Shown here piece after piece: positions 40,918 through 55,128 of a DNA stretch of 64,000 nt. Source of the DNA: Podarcis bocagei (lineage: Eukaryota); assembly GCA_964188305.1 (NCBI GenBank), contig OZ076888.1; one strand, written 5' to 3'. Under the pieces are notes generated by a model. That model made no database searches, was not told the origin of the DNA, and saw nothing but the letters and a program-made list of their open reading frames with translations. Numbering within the stretch: the stretch's first letter is position 1; each line of letters opens with the position of its first letter. The position numbers and the translations under genes are program-made.

Positions 40918-41961
40918 GAGGATTGCAAAACCCTGTTCCATACTTATTACCAAACTTTCCTTAGCAGCACTTCAGTCACCGAAGCACAGGTAAGTCCCAC
41001 TGAAGGTAAACGTGGCACTGTAACTTAAAATAGCGCATTGGGTGGATTGACGTCACCATCCCCTTAAATTATCTAGCGGAGTTTGCTCAGGAAGAATAGG
41101 TTAAAATATGGCAAAGAACCTTTCTTTTCCATGTGCCTGGTAGCTAGAAGGCAGCATCTGCAATGCAGGGGGGGGGGAAATACGATGTGACATTTCCCCC
41201 TTAATTGACACCTTTGACTCTGTCTCCATTTGTCACATCAGACTACTTATTATAAGAAATGACACATTATAAATATTACAGAGATTCATTTTACATCTGG
41301 GCACCCTGATAATAAAAGATATCAAAATCACTACCTTTAGAGCAATTACAGCCCATTGGCCCTCCTCTCGCCTCCATCACTTGCTGCCACATAAAGGACA
41401 AGATATGTGCATAATGAGATGTTCCAGTACTGTGGGGGAAGACTTAAAATTTAAAAAGTGCTTTAAAAAGCACACATTTGTTTAGAAGAAAGCTAAGATG
41501 GGCCGGGGTGTAGGCTTGGTTTTCGTAGGCGTCTCTTAAGTCATTTCTTTTTGCCATTCAGACTGAAATCGGGCCAACTAACTAATTTGCAAAAGCAACA
41601 AATTGCTGTCCTAATTCACACAAATTCTTATCACCGGTTCCACTGAAAAAGGAAGTCTGCCTCCTCCCCCTTTTTTGCAAGGAGTGGCAAGGTGCTGATA
41701 AAATGCCCCAAAGCAGAGAGTATTTGATGCTATAGCTGTCTGCCCATTTTTGCCTTCCATTAAGTGGCTTGGCTTTAAGTAATGCCAGGTTTGCCAGCTA
41801 AGAACTAAGGGCAGAAGGCAAAATAAAATAAATCTCTCTAAAGCTGTGTCCGTGCAATGTATTGTGATAAAAAATAAAATCTTGCAAATAACCCATGTGT
41901 GAATTTCCCACAGAACTGCTTCAAATCTCAATTGTTTCATCCTAAATTGCATTTTTAAATT

Positions 41962-42312
41962 GCATTTGTACCCTACCTTTTCCTCCAAGGACTCAAAGTA
42001 GTGTGCGTGTTTCCTCTTTTAACCCCTACAACAACCCTGTGAGGTAGGATAGGCTGAGAGGCAGGGACAGGCCCAAGGTCACCCAGCAAGCTTTATTGCC
42101 GAGTAGGGATTTGAACCCTGGACTCCCAGGTCCTAGCCTGAAACTCTAACCAAGGCTTCCTCAACCTTGGCCCTCCAGATGTTTTGAGACTACAGTTCCC
42201 ATCATTCCTGACCACTGGTGCTGCTAGCTAGGGATCATGGGAGTTGTAGGCCAAAAACATCTGGAGGGCCGAGGTTGAGGAAGCCTGCTCTATCCACTAC
42301 ACCACACCGGCT
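41962..42312 (-). mobile_element. CORE-SINE (Squam3A-like) interrupted by a MITE
   Basis: ACAACCCTGTGAGGTAGG, GGCCCAAGGTCACCCAGC, B-box ATTTGAACC, CCACTACACCACACCGGCT. Confidence 0.85.
42152..42287. mobile_element. Palindromic 136-bp MITE
   Basis: AGGCTTCCTCAACCT..AGGTTGAGGAAGCCTG; TSD CTCTAACC / CTCTATCC. Confidence 0.92.
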
Positions 42313-43460
42313 TTCTAAATTTTCTTTAGGAAAATCGAAGCAATGCTGACGTAGTTATTTCCTCTTCCTTTAGTGTAAATGGGAGAAGCGGAAAGGCTGA
42401 ATGGGGAAAATATCGAAGAGAGAATCCAGCTCTCCTTCCACCTTGGATAGCGTAAGCCAGCAGCGTTGAGGAATTGGCAGGTCCTCTGCCATAGACTCTC
42501 AGCAATTTCGGATTGCTCTGCACGTCTGCCAAAAAACCTTAAATGTGACCTGCGGAGCCAAAGGTAAGTCTCGGTCTCCTCTAGGGGTGCCAGGACTGTC
42601 TACCTCTGGCACGCTGTGTATTCTTTCTTCCACACTGTTGACAGAATGTCTAATGGAGATTAGGCTCAGGAAGAAGATGCATTTCATACCTTAACAAGAT
42701 GTGGGGACAATTCAATTAGATGGAAAAGGATCTATAAGATAAGACGGGTCTTTTCTTCTTAACCCTTACTGGAAGGAATAATGAAGCAAAACCCTTGTTG
42801 CTTTTTTTATTTCATCACTTCTCCAGGTGTTGGAGGAGTTCCAGAAACCATCTTCATGGCTTTTGTGACAATCTAGATAATGTAAATAAAAAGAGAGTCT
42901 CTCTCTCTCTCTCTCTCTCTTTGGTGTGCTGAAACTGAGCACTCAGTGCCCCTTTGAGTTCCCCTGGATTATGCTAGGCTTCTTCATACCAGCATTAAGC
43001 ACTTTTTCAATTAAAGTTCATTTCTGGATGAGTAATTCCTCCAGCCCAGGCATATCCAGACCATCTGGTCCATCTTTGCTTTCGGCTCCATGCTGGGGCT
43101 GCATCTATAGGTACAACTTTGATCGAGGCCAGTGACACAAATGTCATGGGGACCTTTGGTGAAGTCAAAGGGAAGAGTGTGCCAGAAAAGAGGAGGAAGA
43201 AGGGGACAGCTGGCCCTCCGAAGCAGCAAGGAACGGGCAATAAGAGAATGATGTCAAGGCTCATTTACTTGCGCTTTGTTTGCTCGTTTTGTTTTGCTGC
43301 TCAAGTCTGGTTGAGAAACAATCTGCAAAAATTAGTTAGCATTGAAGTTAATAGATGGAGAATGTTTCTGCTTCAAATCTCTGCTTGGCTATGTAGGTAA
43401 GCTGCTTCTCAGTGCCCACCCACTATTACTCTGCAATATGGGCATAACAGTAATCTAACA

Positions 43461-43589
43461 TGTAGAATTGGAAGGGGCCATGAGGGTTATCTAGTCCAAC
43501 CCTCTGCAGTGCAGGAATCTTTTGCCCAATGTGGGGATCAAACCCACAACTCTGAGATTAAGAGTCTCATGCTCTACTGACTGATCTGT
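43461..43589 (-). mobile_element. SINE: tRNA-Lys(CTT) head plus CR1 3' tail
   Basis: Minus strand TCAGTCAGTAGAGCATGAGACTCTTAATCTCAGAGTTGTGGGTTTGATCCCCACATTGGGC closely matches vertebrate tRNA-Lys(CTT); CR1 tail GGGTTGGACTAGAT..CCCTTCCAATTCTAC. Confidence 0.85.
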
Positions 43590-43599
43590 CCAATGTGGC

Positions 43600-43740
43600 G
43601 GGGTTTTGTCCTGGGCCTATTGTTGTTAAACATCTTTATATATGACTTGGATGACGGAACTGAAGGGATGCTTGTCAAATATGCAGATGACAGTAAACCA
43701 GGAGGGGTAGCTAATGCCACAGAAGACAGAATTGGGATTT
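43600..43740 (+). mobile_element. CR1 reverse-transcriptase fragment
   Basis: Translates VLGLLLLNIFIYDLDDGTEGMLVKYADDSKPGG (RT catalytic YADD motif). Confidence 0.85.
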
Positions 43741-43750
43741 AATAGTTTCA

Positions 43751-44177
<427 letters not shown>

Positions 44178-46544
44178 TACTAATCTCCTCACCTTTTCTA
44201 TTAATGTCTATTTTGGAAACGTTTTGTATTTCCTTAAGCACTCAATTTGTGCAGCTGCCTCCACAGAGCGACAAAGCTTGAAATACAGTCATGAAGTTGC
44301 TGGAGTAGCCTGAAAGAAATGAGCAGATGAAATCATGGGTGGGTGGATCCCATGACACATATTCACCATGGCATTTAAAAAAAATAATAATAAAAAAATA
44401 AAGCCTTGATAGGGAAGAGGAGGAAATGTGTCCACAAATAGAGACAGCATGAGACTTCATGTCAGACCAACCGAAGGATGATTTGCAGTTCTTTTGCAAC
44501 ATCCAGTCTTTCAAAGAAACAATCTGGAAGTGAAGCTCTAAACAGCGAGGAAACGGCGCCTGCTGAAAAGCAATGGCTTCAGCAAATCTAACAAGCCATG
44601 TGTGGTATTTAACATGAGGCAAGTCAAAATTCAAGTTTACCCTTGTAGGGTAGGGATTGCTGCTTACTTGAAATGTAAGGAGTGGGGATTGAAATGAAGA
44701 TATATGGTGCTTTTTTAAAAAAGGTTATGAATATGAGTTTTTGCTAAGATCTGTGTGAAGTCCCCCCCCCCTTTAAAACCAACTATCTTAGAAGGTCAAA
44801 TGCTGTCTGCCGTGCTGCTGCTTTGAGGGCCAAAAGAAAACTGCCCAAGCATGCTGGGATATGCAATGATATTTGCTCAATACCAACTCAGCCTCTTTGC
44901 AGTTCGGAGTGTGTTAAATTCAGGCTCACTTTAAAGCACATCATGGCATTTACCCAAAGTCTGACATGGACAGGGAAGAAGTAGCAAGTATGAATTGTCC
45001 CTGTGGACCTAACTTTTTTGTGAAGGCACCTGCTATATATTATTGCAGCTCACTTGTCTTGCAAACTCTGGTATAATTTCCCAGGACTCGGATTTCATGG
45101 CCTTGTGGGCTGTGCCATGTGAACTATTCCATGGCTGCAAAGAGATTTTGCTTGAATGTACCACTGGAACCTCTGGTGTTAAGCCAAAACATCTTCCACA
45201 AAGCCCATTGCCTGGAGTTGACTACTCAATTAGCAATGCAGTGTGTTAACTAGAAGTGCAACAATCCCAGAGCCATTTCACCTACTGTCTGATTTTTGCA
45301 TAAGTAGAAAAATGAAGCGTGAAGAAAAGATAACACTTATCCAAACATGCAACAGACACAAGTCATGGTCCTGCAGCCCACTGCATGTCCACTGCTTGTC
45401 TGCTTGTCTCCTCTTTGCCACATCAAACACCTTCCCTCTGGTGTGGCACAGAATGTGATCTATTTTGGGCCATACCCAGTTTTATGATAAAAAAAAATGT
45501 GGTTTTGATGCCCCAAGGTTCCCAATCATTCTTTTGCTTTATTTTTTTCTGGGTGCTGTCAAGCAATCCCTGTAGAATCACAGAGCTGGAAGGGATCATG
45601 AGGGCAATCTGGTTCAACTCCCTGCCATGCAGAAATATGAAGTTGCATTCACTTTCAATCTCTCTTTTCTTTTTCTTTGAAACACCCTGCTCCAAAATCC
45701 CTTATCTGGACAATGTCAACACGATACATTGAGAAAACAAACCAATTCTCATGGAGAAAATATTTGCAGCCAAGAACAAGTAGCACCCTAGAACAGGGAA
45801 GAACAACACGTTTCAAGAGGTGCACAGCAAAGATTTATTTTGTAAAACGCTACATCCTCTGTTCTCCCAAGGAGGTCTATGGCTTGAGAAACGCAAAAAA
45901 TAACTGTTTTACACGGTGAATATTTGTATGCTTCCTGAAATAGGCTGTTCTCTACTGAGTACAAGAATACCATTACGTACTGGTATACTGCATATAATCA
46001 CAAGAGCTTTGAACCCTGCCCTGTGGCATAGGGACAGCCAGGGCATAAGTTTTAGCAGACGTGTGACGTGCTGTTGGCTATCTGCCCCCATCAGCAATAT
46101 AGCCTCTCCGTTCTGCACTAGCTGAGTTTCTCTGTGCTCTTTGATGAATACGTGCCTTCCTCTTCTGCTCTCCATCTCATGAACTTGTAGCAATCCACCT
46201 TCAAAACCCATTTGGCGCATACCCTTCCTTATCTGTGAGGGTGGGTGGCAAGTGTGGAAGATGTCAGGAAGGTGTGGGGAGCTGCTTTTCATCAAGCTCT
46301 GCTGGAGTATGGCTGCAGGAGGGGGAAAACGCCTGTAAGAATCAACAGAAAACATCGATGTTTACACTTCATCAGTTAAGAATTGCCTAAAGTTATCCAG
46401 CTGTGTCTTTATCATCAGCTGGAGCATTTCTGTCCCACAAAGAAGCATCTGCAAGAATAAACATGTATCTGTTCTGTTTGTTCTGGTTTTTTTGTTCGTT
46501 TTGTTGTTGGTCTATTATGGTTATAGGGAGCATACGACTCTCTT

Positions 46545-46930
46545 GTTATAAAAGCTCCACTGGCTATTGGTCTGTTTCTGGGCACAAATCAAAGTGCTGG
46601 TTAAGCCCTACATGGCTTAGGTCCAAGCTCTCTGAAAGATCAGATTCCCTCATGCAAGCCTGCCCAGGTTTTGAGATCTTCAGGGGATGCCCTTCTCTTG
46701 GCATGTTTGGTAGGGATGTGGAACAGGGCCTTCTCAGTGGCTGCTCCCAGACTTTGGAACTCCCTCCCTAGAGGAACTAGACTGGTTCCCTCTTTGTTCC
46801 AGCAGGCTTTTGGAACCGATTGCTTTCAACAAAGGGGCTTTTGCCATGCTGTTTTTGTTGTGATTATTGCTATGGTTTTAGTAGATTTTATATATGTAAA
46901 TATTTTTAATTAAATCCATGTTTAACAGTT
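46545..46930 (+). mobile_element. Old L2 3' fragment
   Basis: RAFSVAAPRLWNSLP motif in ORF 46671..46913. Confidence 0.8.
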
Positions 46931-46994
46931 TTAAAATGATTTTTGTGGTTCTTATTTCTCTCTCTCTCTCTGTGTGTATATTATATATATATAA

Positions 46995-47370
46995 AATTAA
47001 ATTTTCTGTTTTACATTTGAAAGTACTCATTTATACATCCTTAAGATATCAATTCCCTTCTTCTCTTTCTCTTTCCATGGTTCATTTTTCATATCATAAA
47101 TCCCTGCATATTTTACATAAACTATACTATTCAGTATTCCATTATTCCATCCATCATAATTTATTTACGCTGTTGAATTTATTTTAATGCTGCCAGCCTT
47201 TTCAGCTGTACACAGTTATTTCCCATATATTCAATAAACGTTTTCCAATCTTCTCTAAACACATGTTCTTCTTGTTCTCTTATTCTATATGTTAAGTCTG
47301 CATGCTGTGCATATTCTGTCAACTTAAGTTGCCACTCTTCTTTAGTTGGGACCTCACTCATTTTCCATTA
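46995..47370 (-). mobile_element. L1 LINE 3' fragment (ORF2 C-terminus and 3'UTR)
   Basis: EVPTKEEWQLKLTEYAQHADLTYRIREQEEHVFREDWKTFIEYM resembles squamate L1 ORF2 C-termini. Confidence 0.75.
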
Positions 47371-48065
47371 TCTGTAAGCAACCTTGAGTCCCATCAGGGA
47401 AAAAAGTGAAGCCTATAAAAATGCATAATAATCAAAGGTCTATGGCAAATATTTCATTCCTTAATGGAAAACAAGCAAACCTGGTTAGATATTTATACTT
47501 CCATTTAATTTTCCTTCTCAACAGATGGATATCGGAATTAACTTAATTCTGGGCTGCTTTTGTGTTGCTGTTGCCTGTCCTTCTTCAGAGACAGATACAA
47601 ATGACTTCAAGAGCAGAGACAGGTGTTTCGGCATGGTCCACCCGGCAGAAGGAAAGCAATGGTCTCTCCAGCATCATTGCCTTGTGACGTCTCCACTCAT
47701 TGTTGCTTTCAGACGAGAAGCGAAGCCAGCCTTGCTGGGAACATCCTATTTAGTATGCACATTTCAGGAAAGCTGTTGGCATGGCAAGTCTTTAGGAAGA
47801 AAAGTACAAGCACAGGCTTCTCTGAGCAGCTGAAATGGGTGCAATGTTTTGTTTGTCCATTTGTGGGGTTCTTGGAAAGGCTCTTATATGCAAGAGTCCT
47901 GTCATCCACCCACCCAGCCATCCAGCCATCCATATTTATTTCCTGTTTGAACTTCTGACCCACCCTTCACCAAATGGTCCCAGAGGGTGAGCTACAAAAA
48001 TACCACAATTAAGAACAAGTGCAAGTTTCATCAGAATAATAAAATAACACCACAGAACAACCAAA

Positions 48066-48600
48066 GAGGGTGCTGCTGTGCAGTGGCGTAGCGTGGGTTG
48101 TCAGCACCCGGGGCAAGGCAAGTAATTTGCGCCCCCTAACCCGTGGATTTGCGCCCCCTAACCCTAACCCCCAGATGTTGCGCCCGGTGCGGCCGGCCCC
48201 CCCTGCACCCCCACGCTACGCCACTGGTGCTGTGGTCTAAACCACTGAGCCTCTTCAGCTTGCCAATCAGAAGGTTGGCAGTTCGAATCCCCATGACAGG
48301 GTGAGCTCCCATTGCTCAGTCCCAGCTTCTGTCAACCTAGCAGTTTGAAAGCACGCCAAAAATGCAAGTAGATAAATAGGTACCACTCTGGTGGGAAGAT
48401 AAATGGCGTTTCTGTGAGCTGTTCTGGTTTCGGTGTTCTGTTGTGCTAGAAGCGGCTTAGTCATGCTGGCCACATGACCCGGAAAAACTGTCTGCAGACA
48501 AATGCCGGCTCCCTCGGCCTGTAAAGCGAGATGAGTGCCGCAACCCCAGAGTTGTCTGCAACTGGACTTAGCCCTCAGGGGTCCTTTACCTTTACCTTTA
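48066..48600 (+). mobile_element. Sauria SINE with a MITE inserted in its head
   Basis: GCTGTGGTCTAAACCACTGAGCC head, B-box GTTCGAATCC, (ACCTTT)n tail. Confidence 0.92.
48081..48226 (+). mobile_element. hAT-type MITE with CCCTAA motifs, copy 3 (146 bp)
   Basis: Same TIR as copies 1 and 2; TSD CTGCTGTG / GTGCTGTG. Confidence 0.95.
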
Positions 48601-51600
48601 GCTCAAAACAGCGAATAAAGAGGTGTGCCTTGCTCAATAATAATAAAAACATACAGGGATGGTGCAAGATGCACCTCATTCCACATCCACAACCTAGAGG
48701 CCACAACAAAGAAGGCCTTTTCACACTCTTCTGCCCCTCAAACCATAGGGAGTGGAGACACTGCCAACAAGGCCTCCTCTGCCAATTTAATACCCAGGCA
48801 GGTTAATGTGGGAGGAAGCACTCCTTCAAATATTGGGTGCCCAAGTCTCTTAGGGCTTTATAGATCAATGAGCTCAACATCCTTAAACTGAGCTCAGTGG
48901 TGAATTGGCATTCACTGCCTCACTCAGGGTTGTGAGCAGGGGATTGGAATAAATGACCCTTGTGGTCCATTCCAACTCTACAATTCTATGACCAAGCACA
49001 AATTTTCATGCAGAGCAGGAAAATCTCCCCCCCCTCTCTCTCCCTCCCTCCCTCCCTCTCTGGGATTATAAAACTTGCTGTGAACTTCTGTTGCTGTTAT
49101 TTCACACATGCACACACAGCCTTCCTTTTGATCCACTCATCCCTGTGCTGAGGACAAGAGCAAGCCCTTGCCAAGGAAGCCATCTGCTTTTGTTATGCCT
49201 CAGGGCTCCCATCCACAGTCACCTTTCAGCACTGGTGGTATGTTTCTCTTCTTCATTAGTCATGGAGTCTTGGCAGACGGTAGGAAGATCAATGCGGTTG
49301 GCTTACCAACGGCAAGAGTTGGAATCATTGTTGGAGGACATTCTCCCTTAAGGCATTTTCACAATAAAAACCTCCCCCCTCCCAATTTTGAACGTCTCTG
49401 AGGCTGTTTTTGCATGCGGGGCATGTATGTTGTCAACTGAGGGATACCAAGCAAATCGGAGGTGTTTTCAAACAGAGCGCGTGTTCTTGACTATATTGGA
49501 TTCTTTTATTGTCACACTGCAGATATGAGGAATGAGGTGGTCCAAAACACGTCTGAGGGTGCGGGGCTATTATATTGACTCCCCTCCCAGAAGCAAATCC
49601 ACTTCAGCTCTGCAGAAATAGAGGTGAAAGGAAGGACAGCTTGGCTTCAGTGGCTGGCCCAAAGCCCAAGGGCTTCTGGGTAACTGTGCCACCTTCATTC
49701 CAACAAGATACCAGCAGGGAGGCGAGAAAAATATCAGATTTCCACTTGTTCTAAGGAATTCTGGTTCCCCTCTAAATCTATCACCACAGTGTGCAATGTC
49801 TCTTGTTTGTTTACAGGACAGGTGTACATGTAACAACTGTGGCAAGGAACCCTCCCCCTGGCCATCACATTTAATACTGTGAGGGTGACGACTGTGGTCC
49901 TGAGAGTCTCCTCATCTCCATCTCACATTCCTGGAGGTGTCTAGGGCAATATCATGCCACCCACCTCCTTCTTGCGTCTATGAGGCTAGTGAACAAAGAA
50001 AAAAAGGAAGATTAATTGGTGATAAATAATGCATTTTGCTCACACCTAAGGCAGCCTTGGCCTCCAAAAGTGCTCGTTTCTCCAGTGACAAGGAACTATA
50101 TGTTAATAGCTATTTGTCACCCATTGTGGTGCTTAAACAGCATGAACAGAACAGTATTCAGTTAATATGTCTGTGCCAGAGGCAGTCTCTCTCTCCCCCC
50201 CCCCTTCTACTATTATGTCTTCAAAAAAACCCCGTTTCTCTCCTGTGGTGACTGTTCACAGCAATTATTAGAAGTGAAACAATTAGCAGACATTAAATGT
50301 TCTCATTCCAGCAGGCCCCAAAACATGCAGCATTCATGGAAGGGCTGGTCCCGAGACAACCAAGATTATACAATATAGAATCAGTAGGCTCCATTATTAC
50401 TATGCTTAAAATATTTTTTTTTTTAAAAAAAAAAAAATCCCAACAATTCAGCCCCCTTCCAGGCGGAGTAGAATTGCAAGTGATGGTTAAACAGCATAAT
50501 GTTTAAATGAGAGTTAATTATTACAGGCCATTTGGATTTTAACGTCTCCTTCTGCACAGTATGTAAATGTAGGCTTGGGCAACCATGTGAGTTGGCTTTT
50601 GTCTTCTGGCGTTCTGAATAGTGTCTGCACCAGCATGCTCCATAATGCTGCACTTTCCAAGACAATTAAAAAAAAAAGAAAAAAGCAGCAAGCTGGCCTT
50701 TCTGGTCTCAGTATGTCTCCACATTCTTCTTTGTGTTAGAGCGGTGCTTAACGTGTGAAAATGGCCTCCCTCTCTCCCCATAAGCTTTAAGCACATGTAC
50801 CCTTGTTGTGACACCACCAGGTTGTGAGCCCAACAGTAGCTTCTGGAAGTGGAAGTAAAAAAAACCAACCAACCAAGAGGGTAGACAATAAAGCCTTGCA
50901 TATTTTGGACCCTACTGGTCCTCCTTTTGTGAAATGTAGAGAATGCTAACTCAGAATTCAGATGCTCCGTCTCTCTTATTTCTTATGCCAGAAATGAATT
51001 TTGTCCATTCTATTATTTTTACACCTCTGCTTCCCATTTCTTCTGGGGTTCCTATTTTTGTTGCATAAGAATAAGTGTTCCTGGAGAGCAGAGAAAGAAC
51101 CTGGGAAAGTTGGTCAAAACATCAGGGCAGAGGTGGCCAAACTGGTGCCCTCTAGAAGTTATTGAACTCCATCATATTTCTTTCATTTTTCATTTCACTT
51201 CTAATTTGCATACCGCCTTTCTATATTGCTATGCACAAGGCGGTTTATAAGCTGAAGGAACAACAGACATAATAACAATCTGATCCAACACAGAAAGCCA
51301 TAATAAAAACATAACATTAAAATAAACAGCATGTCAAATAAAGTAATATTCAACCATCTATTAGAATATAATAGTACACAATACAATTAAATATCAGCAG
51401 ATAATAATTAAACAGAAATTCAGTCTCAGTAATTACAATGAATAATTACTAAACTATAATCAATAAAAATAACAGCAAGTCACATTGCATAAATGACCAC
51501 AATACATATGAAACCAAGTAAAAGGATTAAATGGAGAAAAACAACTTATTAAATTATTTTAAAAAAACCACCCCTGAACTCCTCTTCTCTCTTTCCAGCT

Positions 51601-53769
51601 GCTTCTGCTGTTCTGGCCAATGATCATGTTGGTCTGACAATATCTAGAAGGTGCCATGCTAGATATGCCTGCATTAAAAGATTAGGGAGGCTGATGAAAC
51701 ACATGGATGCTATTTTGAGCACATCAGTCCACTGCCAGCAGACCTGGCCTGGAACTACTTGCAAGGAACCATTCCAGCCTACTGTGTGAAGTATAACTCG
51801 GGAGTGCTTATTTGGGAGAAGGGAGGATTTTGGTTTGACTACCTAATTTTCATTTCTTCAAACATTGCATACACAGAAACATTGCTATCCTTTGAAATTT
51901 ACACTTCTCTGAATATTGCAAGGCAGTTCACCAACACCCCGAATGTGTGCAAAAAGGTGTGTGCATAAAAACCCATTTATTCCTGAAAATAACATGCAAA
52001 ACGGTATTATGTTAGGGAACGTTGCTTGCAAAAATGTTTATATGAGACAAAACTGAATATGCAACTGTGTATATTAAGAGAAAAGTGAACTGAAAGTCTG
52101 AGTAATCTTCTGGAGTTGTTGTTGCTGCTGCTGTTGTTAGCAAACTGATACGTAAATTTGGGACACGGAATTTAAGACTGGGAAACTGAGAAGCCAAAAC
52201 TGATAGAGAAGCCAAAATCCCCCTTGGCATGAGACATCTTGCTCTGGTTCTGTGGCAGAACCCACAGCACCAAGGAGAGCTCCTAGCCAGCAACTTTCTC
52301 CAGTGGGGTTGGAAGCAGACAGAGATCTTGCCGCCTTTTGAGTCTCTTGCCTCCAGCCTACCCCTCCTTTGCTTTGCCACTTTGTTGTGGAACTAGAGCC
52401 TTATAAAGGGTCAACTCTCCAGGCAGAAAAACAGCTCTCCTATACTCCATGTAATGCATTCCCTGCACTGTTGGACTAGCAAGACAGTGTGAGCAGCACT
52501 CAGTGCTTTGGGCCCTGAGGAAAGTGGTAATGAGGATCCCAGTTCTGGCTCTATGAGATCTGGTGTTGTGGGATCTGGTTTGGCTTTCTCTTGCTCACCA
52601 GCCTCAGTTCCACCATGCCCTTGATCAGCAGCATCAGTCTCAAAGCTAGAAACTCCATCCAGCTCCTCAGGTGGTGCCTCTGACTCAGTGTCCTGGCCAC
52701 TCCAGGGTCATGACATGGCAGGCTGCAGCACCTGTAGCTGATCTACTTGCAAGGGCCCCGACCTTAGGCTTTTCACAGTTCCCATTGTACTTTGAGCATG
52801 TCTGTTCATGGACAGGCACTATGATCTGCTGTTCATGCAGCAGGCAAGGGAACTGATTCATGAATGGAGCCATTCAATACTGGAGTTGAGAAACCAATTC
52901 CCTGGTCAAAACACTACTTGCGAAGAGATGTACCCCATCCTGACATTTCAAGGAGCATATGTTTGCCAGGCAATGTTCTTTGTGATGTCTGCACAGATGT
53001 TGGAAGGAAGTCAACACTCCTTTAATGGCTTCCCTGTAACAGAACCTGGAGGTTCTAAGCCAAAAAGTGTTGCATCACACACCAGCTGTTCTTGGGACGT
53101 ATCTCAGAAAAACAGCTGTTGATGTAAACATTGGTGTCAGTACCAAGACCTCTCATTGAGGCTACTGATTGTCATGGCAATAGTTTTAAGATTATATTGT
53201 CCATGGAAGACCTTAGTCAGACAGCTGCCTTATGCCTTCCTTCTTGGGCATCATTAAGCTCGTTCATTAAGCTACTGATAACCTGACAGCTGATGCCAAA
53301 ACAAAATGCTGTTGTCTATACACTGCAGGAGGAGGGACTAGACCTGAGGAACAATATGAGGCCAAGTTGTTGTTCCTCCCCAGACTCATGTCCCAAGTTT
53401 AACAGGTGGGCAGGGGTACCCACCGGACAATACAATGGCATCTGGAGCCTGCACAGTTTTTGCCTGCACAGTTTGAAATCAAACAGGCTAAAGCACAGTC
53501 TGCAAAATGCAGGTGATCATCTGATCATTGGGGCTTGGGAAGCCCAGTGGACAGCACTTTGCAGGTGCTGTCGATCAACTCATTGGCGTACCTGCAAACT
53601 TCCTTTCCTCTCAACCCCTCTCTAATGTACCTGCCCTATACCTGATACCTTATATGACGTCAGGTGTAGGTGGGTTTGGCAGAAATGACCTCATGTGTCA
53701 AGGGGCCTGGTGGGCTGTCTAGTTAGGCCTGTGGCCTGGAGGTTCCCCACTGCTGATATCCTGGATCTG

Positions 53770-54320
53770 TAAGGACATAAGAGAGCCCTGCTGGATTGAA
53801 CCAAAGGCCCAACTAACCCAGCAGTCCATTCTCACAGTGGCCAACCAGATGCCTATGGGAAGTCTGCAAGAAGTACAACAGCACTCTCTCCTCATGCAGT
53901 CAGCTTCATTGGAGGTTCCTGAGATATATTATGAGAGTGGGAGAGAAACTGTTCTTTCTCCACTTTCTCTACACCATGCACAATCCTATACACATCTATC
54001 ATGTCCCGCCTTACTCATATTTTTTTTCTAAACTAAAAAGACCCAAACGCTGCAACCTTTCCTCCCATGTGTGTTGCTCCTTCAGTTTGGTTGCCCTTTT
54101 ATGCACCTTTTCTAAGATACACTTTGTTGAGGTGAACTGACCAGAACTTTGCTCAGGATCACAAGTATGGTCACACTAGAGATTTGTATAATAACAGTAT
54201 GGTATTGACAATTTTTGTTTCAGTCCCTTCCCTAATGATCTCTAACATGGAATTCACCAGTGTTTTCCACACTCTGTCAGCCACCCCAGCTCTCTTTCCT
54301 GGTCCAGACTCCTTAGGCGT
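53770..54320 (-). mobile_element. Old CR1-type LINE 3' fragment
   Basis: CATAAGAGAGCCCTGCTGGAT tail; TTTCTAAACTAAAAAGACCCAAACGCTGC and TTGGTTGCCCTTTTATGCACCTTTTC are reverse complements of CR1 ORF2 motifs. Confidence 0.7.
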
Positions 54321-55079
54321 AATTTTGCCGCAATCTGCATAATTTTACTCCTGTGGCATTTGTGCTGCCCTTTGGTTTGGTTCTTTTGTCAAGAACCCCA
54401 GGGTTATTTTCCTGAGTAAAAATGGCTGCTTTTAATTCCTGCACCTTACTGCATGCTTCCCTCCACCATTGTTAGACTAAAAACCCAGCAAGCCACCAAG
54501 CAGGGAAACCTAATGCCTTCCAGATGTTATGGACTAGAACTCCCATCATCTCTGATCAGTCATAAGGTTGGGGCTGCTCGACCCAGTGTTGGGGAAGGCC
54601 GGGTCCTCAAATTTCCCAGTTTACCAAAGTGGAAGTATAAGCAGGATATATTTTTCAAAGAAAGCAGACCGTCGGAAAGATTTTTTTCCTCAGGCATTTC
54701 TTGCTTCCCTCCCCCACCCACTTGCCAGAGGCTCAGTTTGTCTCGCAAAGTGGTGTCATTATGAATGCATCAGGCAATATCACACATGCAGCCTTCATTT
54801 AGCCTTCCAAGCTCAATTACATCTGAGGATGTCTTGGGGTAATTAAGTAATATTAGAACCTTGTCTTTGGCCATCTTTTTTTTTTATAATGTAGTTTTCA
54901 GTGTGTTAAGCCTCATGCGCTCACCCAATCACAGCCAGCTTGGAGTTTGTGAACCTCTAATGCACTTTTGCCATGAATGAGGGCTAATTGCATTTCTGAG
55001 AGATGTCATTAGTGGCAAATTCGTGCTGGCTTTCAAGAGTTAGCACACGGCAAGAAATGTTCCCTCAGGCAACTAGCAA

Positions 55080-55124
<45 letters not shown>

Positions 55125-55128
<4 letters not shown>

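Noticed and set aside
43523-43589. Functional tRNA-Lys gene
   Set aside because: 5' acceptor stem missing, CpG-type substitutions, fused to a CR1 tail: a SINE
47525-47833. ORF after a good acceptor, with a signal-peptide-like start (MDIGINLILGCFCVAVA)
   Set aside because: No recognisable domain, no convincing donor or partner exons
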